The notes beneath the pieces were generated by a model. That model had not been told where the DNA came from. It searched no databases and was given only the letters and a program-made list of their open reading frames with translations. Of a stretch of DNA of 64,000 nucleotides, positions 61,037 to 64,000 are shown piece after piece; position 1 is the first letter of the stretch, and every line of letters begins with the position of its first letter. A program made the position numbers and the translations under genes. Source of the DNA: Nemertoderma westbladi (taxonomy: Eukaryota > Animalia > Xenacoelomorpha). The stretch spans positions 53,736 to 117,735 of the forward strand of contig JAUCBJ010004787.1 in NCBI GenBank assembly GCA_032718475.1, given 5' to 3'.

Positions 61037-62940
61037 TACTACTACTAGGATCGGCATGCTGCATTGCAGCTGCATTTTTAAGAATGCTGTGCCGGCTTGT
61101 CAACAAAATTGCACCGCCACAACTCCCTATCACCCATGACATTTGCTAGATCATCCGCATCTTTAAGGCCAGTGTCCTTTAAGATGCGTCTCAAGAAAGT
61201 CATGGGCTGTCCACCATGCTTATTCACTCCATGAGGCTGCCAAAGTACAAGATTATGCACTGGCTGGTCCTCACGGCGAAAGCAATGTCCTGCAAAGCGG
61301 AGGCGATTTTGTTCTAGTGTCAAGCTTGGGGGAACCAATGAGACACCTCCAATGTTATATAGTGTCTGGTTGGAGATGTGTGCATTGTACTTGACACAAT
61401 GTACCCGGCGTAGCATTCTTGTGAATGTGCCATCCAGAGATTTGGTGTCCTCAGCAGTTAGAGCCCAGCATGGACTCCCGTAGAGGAGTACTGGAACTAC
61501 TGCTGCTCTAAATAATCGGACCTTAAGTTTCCGATTAATTCTAGGTGACTTCCAAATCCTGGAAAGCCTATTCAAGGCTGCCCATGCCTTTCCCTTACGT
61601 ATTCGAAGGTCCTCACCTGACTTCCGGATCCATGATCCCAGGTAACAGAAGTCGTCCACATGCTCAAGTATACCATCCTTTGAGCTTATGCTCATCCGAT
61701 CAGAGACTTGCTGGGGACTTTCAAAGTTAACTGTCAGAATTTTGGTCTTTCTGGAGTTAATAAAAAGACCAACACTAGAAGCAGCATGTTCTAATGAGCT
61801 GAGGAGCCGCTGGGCTCCCTCTAATGATTCTGAGAGTACTCCTAAGTCATCAGCAAAGTCTAGATCAGTTAGGTACTTGGCAGGATTTCCTCGACTTCTG
61901 GAGCCAGTAGGTGGAGTTATCATCACCCCATCATCATTATGATGATCTAAGGACATGCGTAGAACATAGTCAACCACAATAATGAACAAGAATGGTGCAA
62001 GTGTGTCTCCTTGGAGTACGCCCCATAACACTTCAAATGGTTCTGTGTCACCGTCAACAGTAGACACAAATGTTGTCGAACCATCGTATACTGATCTGAT
62101 TGCTGCAATAATTTCATCAGGAATCCCATATAATGAAAGTATGCTGAACATACGTGAGCGAGAGACTGAATCAAAGGCCTTGAAGAAGTCAACAAAGATA
62201 ACAGCCAGATGCCTGTCTTTCTTTTTTGATAACTCTTCAATTATCCTTCTAAGTGCCAAAATGGGCTCCATGGTCCCACGACCTTTACGGAACCCATTCT
62301 GATTTCCACGTAGCAGTCTCTCAATGGGATCCCTGATGCGATTTAATAGAATTCTATTGTATAGTTTTGCAGCAATCGAGATCAATGAGATTCCCCGAAA
62401 AGAACCATAGAGTGTTAGGTTGCCCTTCTTGGGGACTGGCACCAACTTATTTGTTTTCATTTCTTGTGGGACTCTTGTTGTACGGTGCATGTCTACTATG
62501 ATGGGATAGATGAGCTTTAAACACTCAGGTATTTTAAAGACCTCAGGGGGAACACCATCTACTCCACTGGCACGATTGGTCTTAATGCTCTTTGCAGCAG
62601 CCTTCACTTCTGCAAAGGAGATATCGCCAATGGGAATATCTGGGAGTACAGACTCAGACACTTTTACTTCTATAAAGTTATCAGGCAATACCCTGTCATT
62701 ATTGAGGAGCTTTTCAAAGTGGGCTTTCCAACCATTGAGGCGATCGGCTGGTGATTCAGCCTTAACCTTGGTGGTTGGTTGGCTTTTCCGCCCAGTAAGC
62801 AGATTGATCGATTTCCATGCCTGGGATGATTGCCTGCTGTCGTCAGCATCATTGATGGCATCAACCTGTTGGTTTATTAGCTCCTGTAGATTAACAGAGT
62901 ACTGCCTGTTCAGGGACCTAGATGCAGCTTTAACTGCATA
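61037..62940 (-). mobile_element. 5'-truncated RTE-clade LINE with uninterrupted RT domain
   Basis: QNGFRKGR, FVDFFKAFDSV, GVLQGDTLAPFLF, LDFADD, FCYLGS, LRFAGHC; stop at 61078; short 3' UTR and (TAG)n tail; the first ~50 aa of the listed ORF look like flanking AT-rich DNA. Confidence 0.95.
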
Positions 62941-64000
62941 CCCCGGTTCGAAATACCTTACTAATTTAGTAAAACTTACACAAAATTTGCCTGCCCCCAA
63001 TTTTCCAATGATTGACATTATAAATTTGACAATATTAGCATGTAAACAGCAAGTTGTATTAAGTTTGTAAGATATATAAATTTTTCTAAACATAACAAGT
63101 GCATATCAAAAATTTAGTTATAAACTTGACAAGTTTAAAAGGAGAAGTAAATTTATTAAAATTGGTAAGTTATCCCTATGTTTGTGTATGGCGAAGGTTT
63201 CCTATTGGTTGGAATGTTTAGGGATCATGACACAGTCATACAGTACTGACACCTGGCCTGTCAGCCTGTACCTCTCAACCAGTACAGCAGCAGTCAGGCA
63301 GAACCAGTAGCTTCAGAACTGGTGAACTGTGTGATTTCAGTTAGTCAGTGCTGCAGTGTACACTGTACAGGTACCATTACAGCGTTACAGGGGTTGTCAG
63401 ACAATCAGAGTACAGGAGTAAGTTAGTGGCAATTGGTTACATTCCATAGGCAGATAGGCCCTGCCCTACCGCCACCACCAGTCAGCCAGTACAGCGTTAC
63501 CAAAAATTTAATGATTTATGTTATTCTACTGATTTATGTATATTATATACAAGCTTTTGAAAAGTTTCCCATCTTCATATCAATCGAGCCCCCCTATCGA
63601 TTCCGGCTCAATAGGCCTATCATTGACAACTAACAGCAAATCCGACCCCAGCTTATTTTGGAGAAATGAATACTGTAGCCCTGGGTAGGGTAGTCACAAT
63701 ATGAATCCGACTACTTCAGTACTTAATGCAGTAATGGGGCTCTGATTGCGTGAAAGCTGTGGAAGTGGACTGATGTTGAACTTAGTAAAGGAATTCTTTT
63801 CCCAGTTAGAATGAGTTAAACGAAACACATTCCATTGGATCCTGTCAAGTCCGAAATCTTCCTCAATGTGTTGGTCAGTCGATTTAAACTGGATAAATAT
63901 GACGAAATGTATCTAATTCGTTCTTGTATTACTGCAGTTAATCAGCTAGGATGCGATCTTAGCAATGGGAAACGTCGTTGCGTGCCGGCCGTTCACCAGG

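Noticed and set aside
62941-64000. Possible further repeat/LTR or upstream exon of the - strand cadherin
   Set aside because: No diagnostic termini, motifs or second copy visible in the window

Overview
AT-rich, repeat-laden metazoan (invertebrate-type) genomic DNA; not prokaryotic. 1-15.6 kb is a retroelement nest: the 3' end of one LTR element, then a degenerate BEL/Pao LTR retrotransposon (1128-15288) whose pol is interrupted by a 1213-bp TGT...ACA insertion with a TAGA target-site duplication. From 16316 a large + strand cadherin-repeat gene can be spliced by hand: signal-peptide exon, about 9 EC repeats, 18 exon positions to 53173, all GT-AG with consistent phases, and no TM or stop reached. 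Its most striking feature is three homologous but divergent 176-nt exons in tandem (29109, 29662, 30453) with identical 0->2 phases. Only one can be included in frame, which indicates a three-way mutually exclusive (Dscam/CadN-like) exon cluster. Two intronic minisatellites are amplified copies of the gene's own splice donor (about 107 x 28 bp) and splice acceptor (about 28 x 29/30 bp). Other contents: an intronless ZDHHC16-like palmitoyltransferase, three exons of a second cadherin on the - strand, a Ulp1/SENP protease pseudogene, a 9.8-kb modular satellite, 63-bp satellites grown from a dispersed element, foldback/MITE elements, SINEs and RTE LINEs. All gene models are manual, with no database or RNA evidence.
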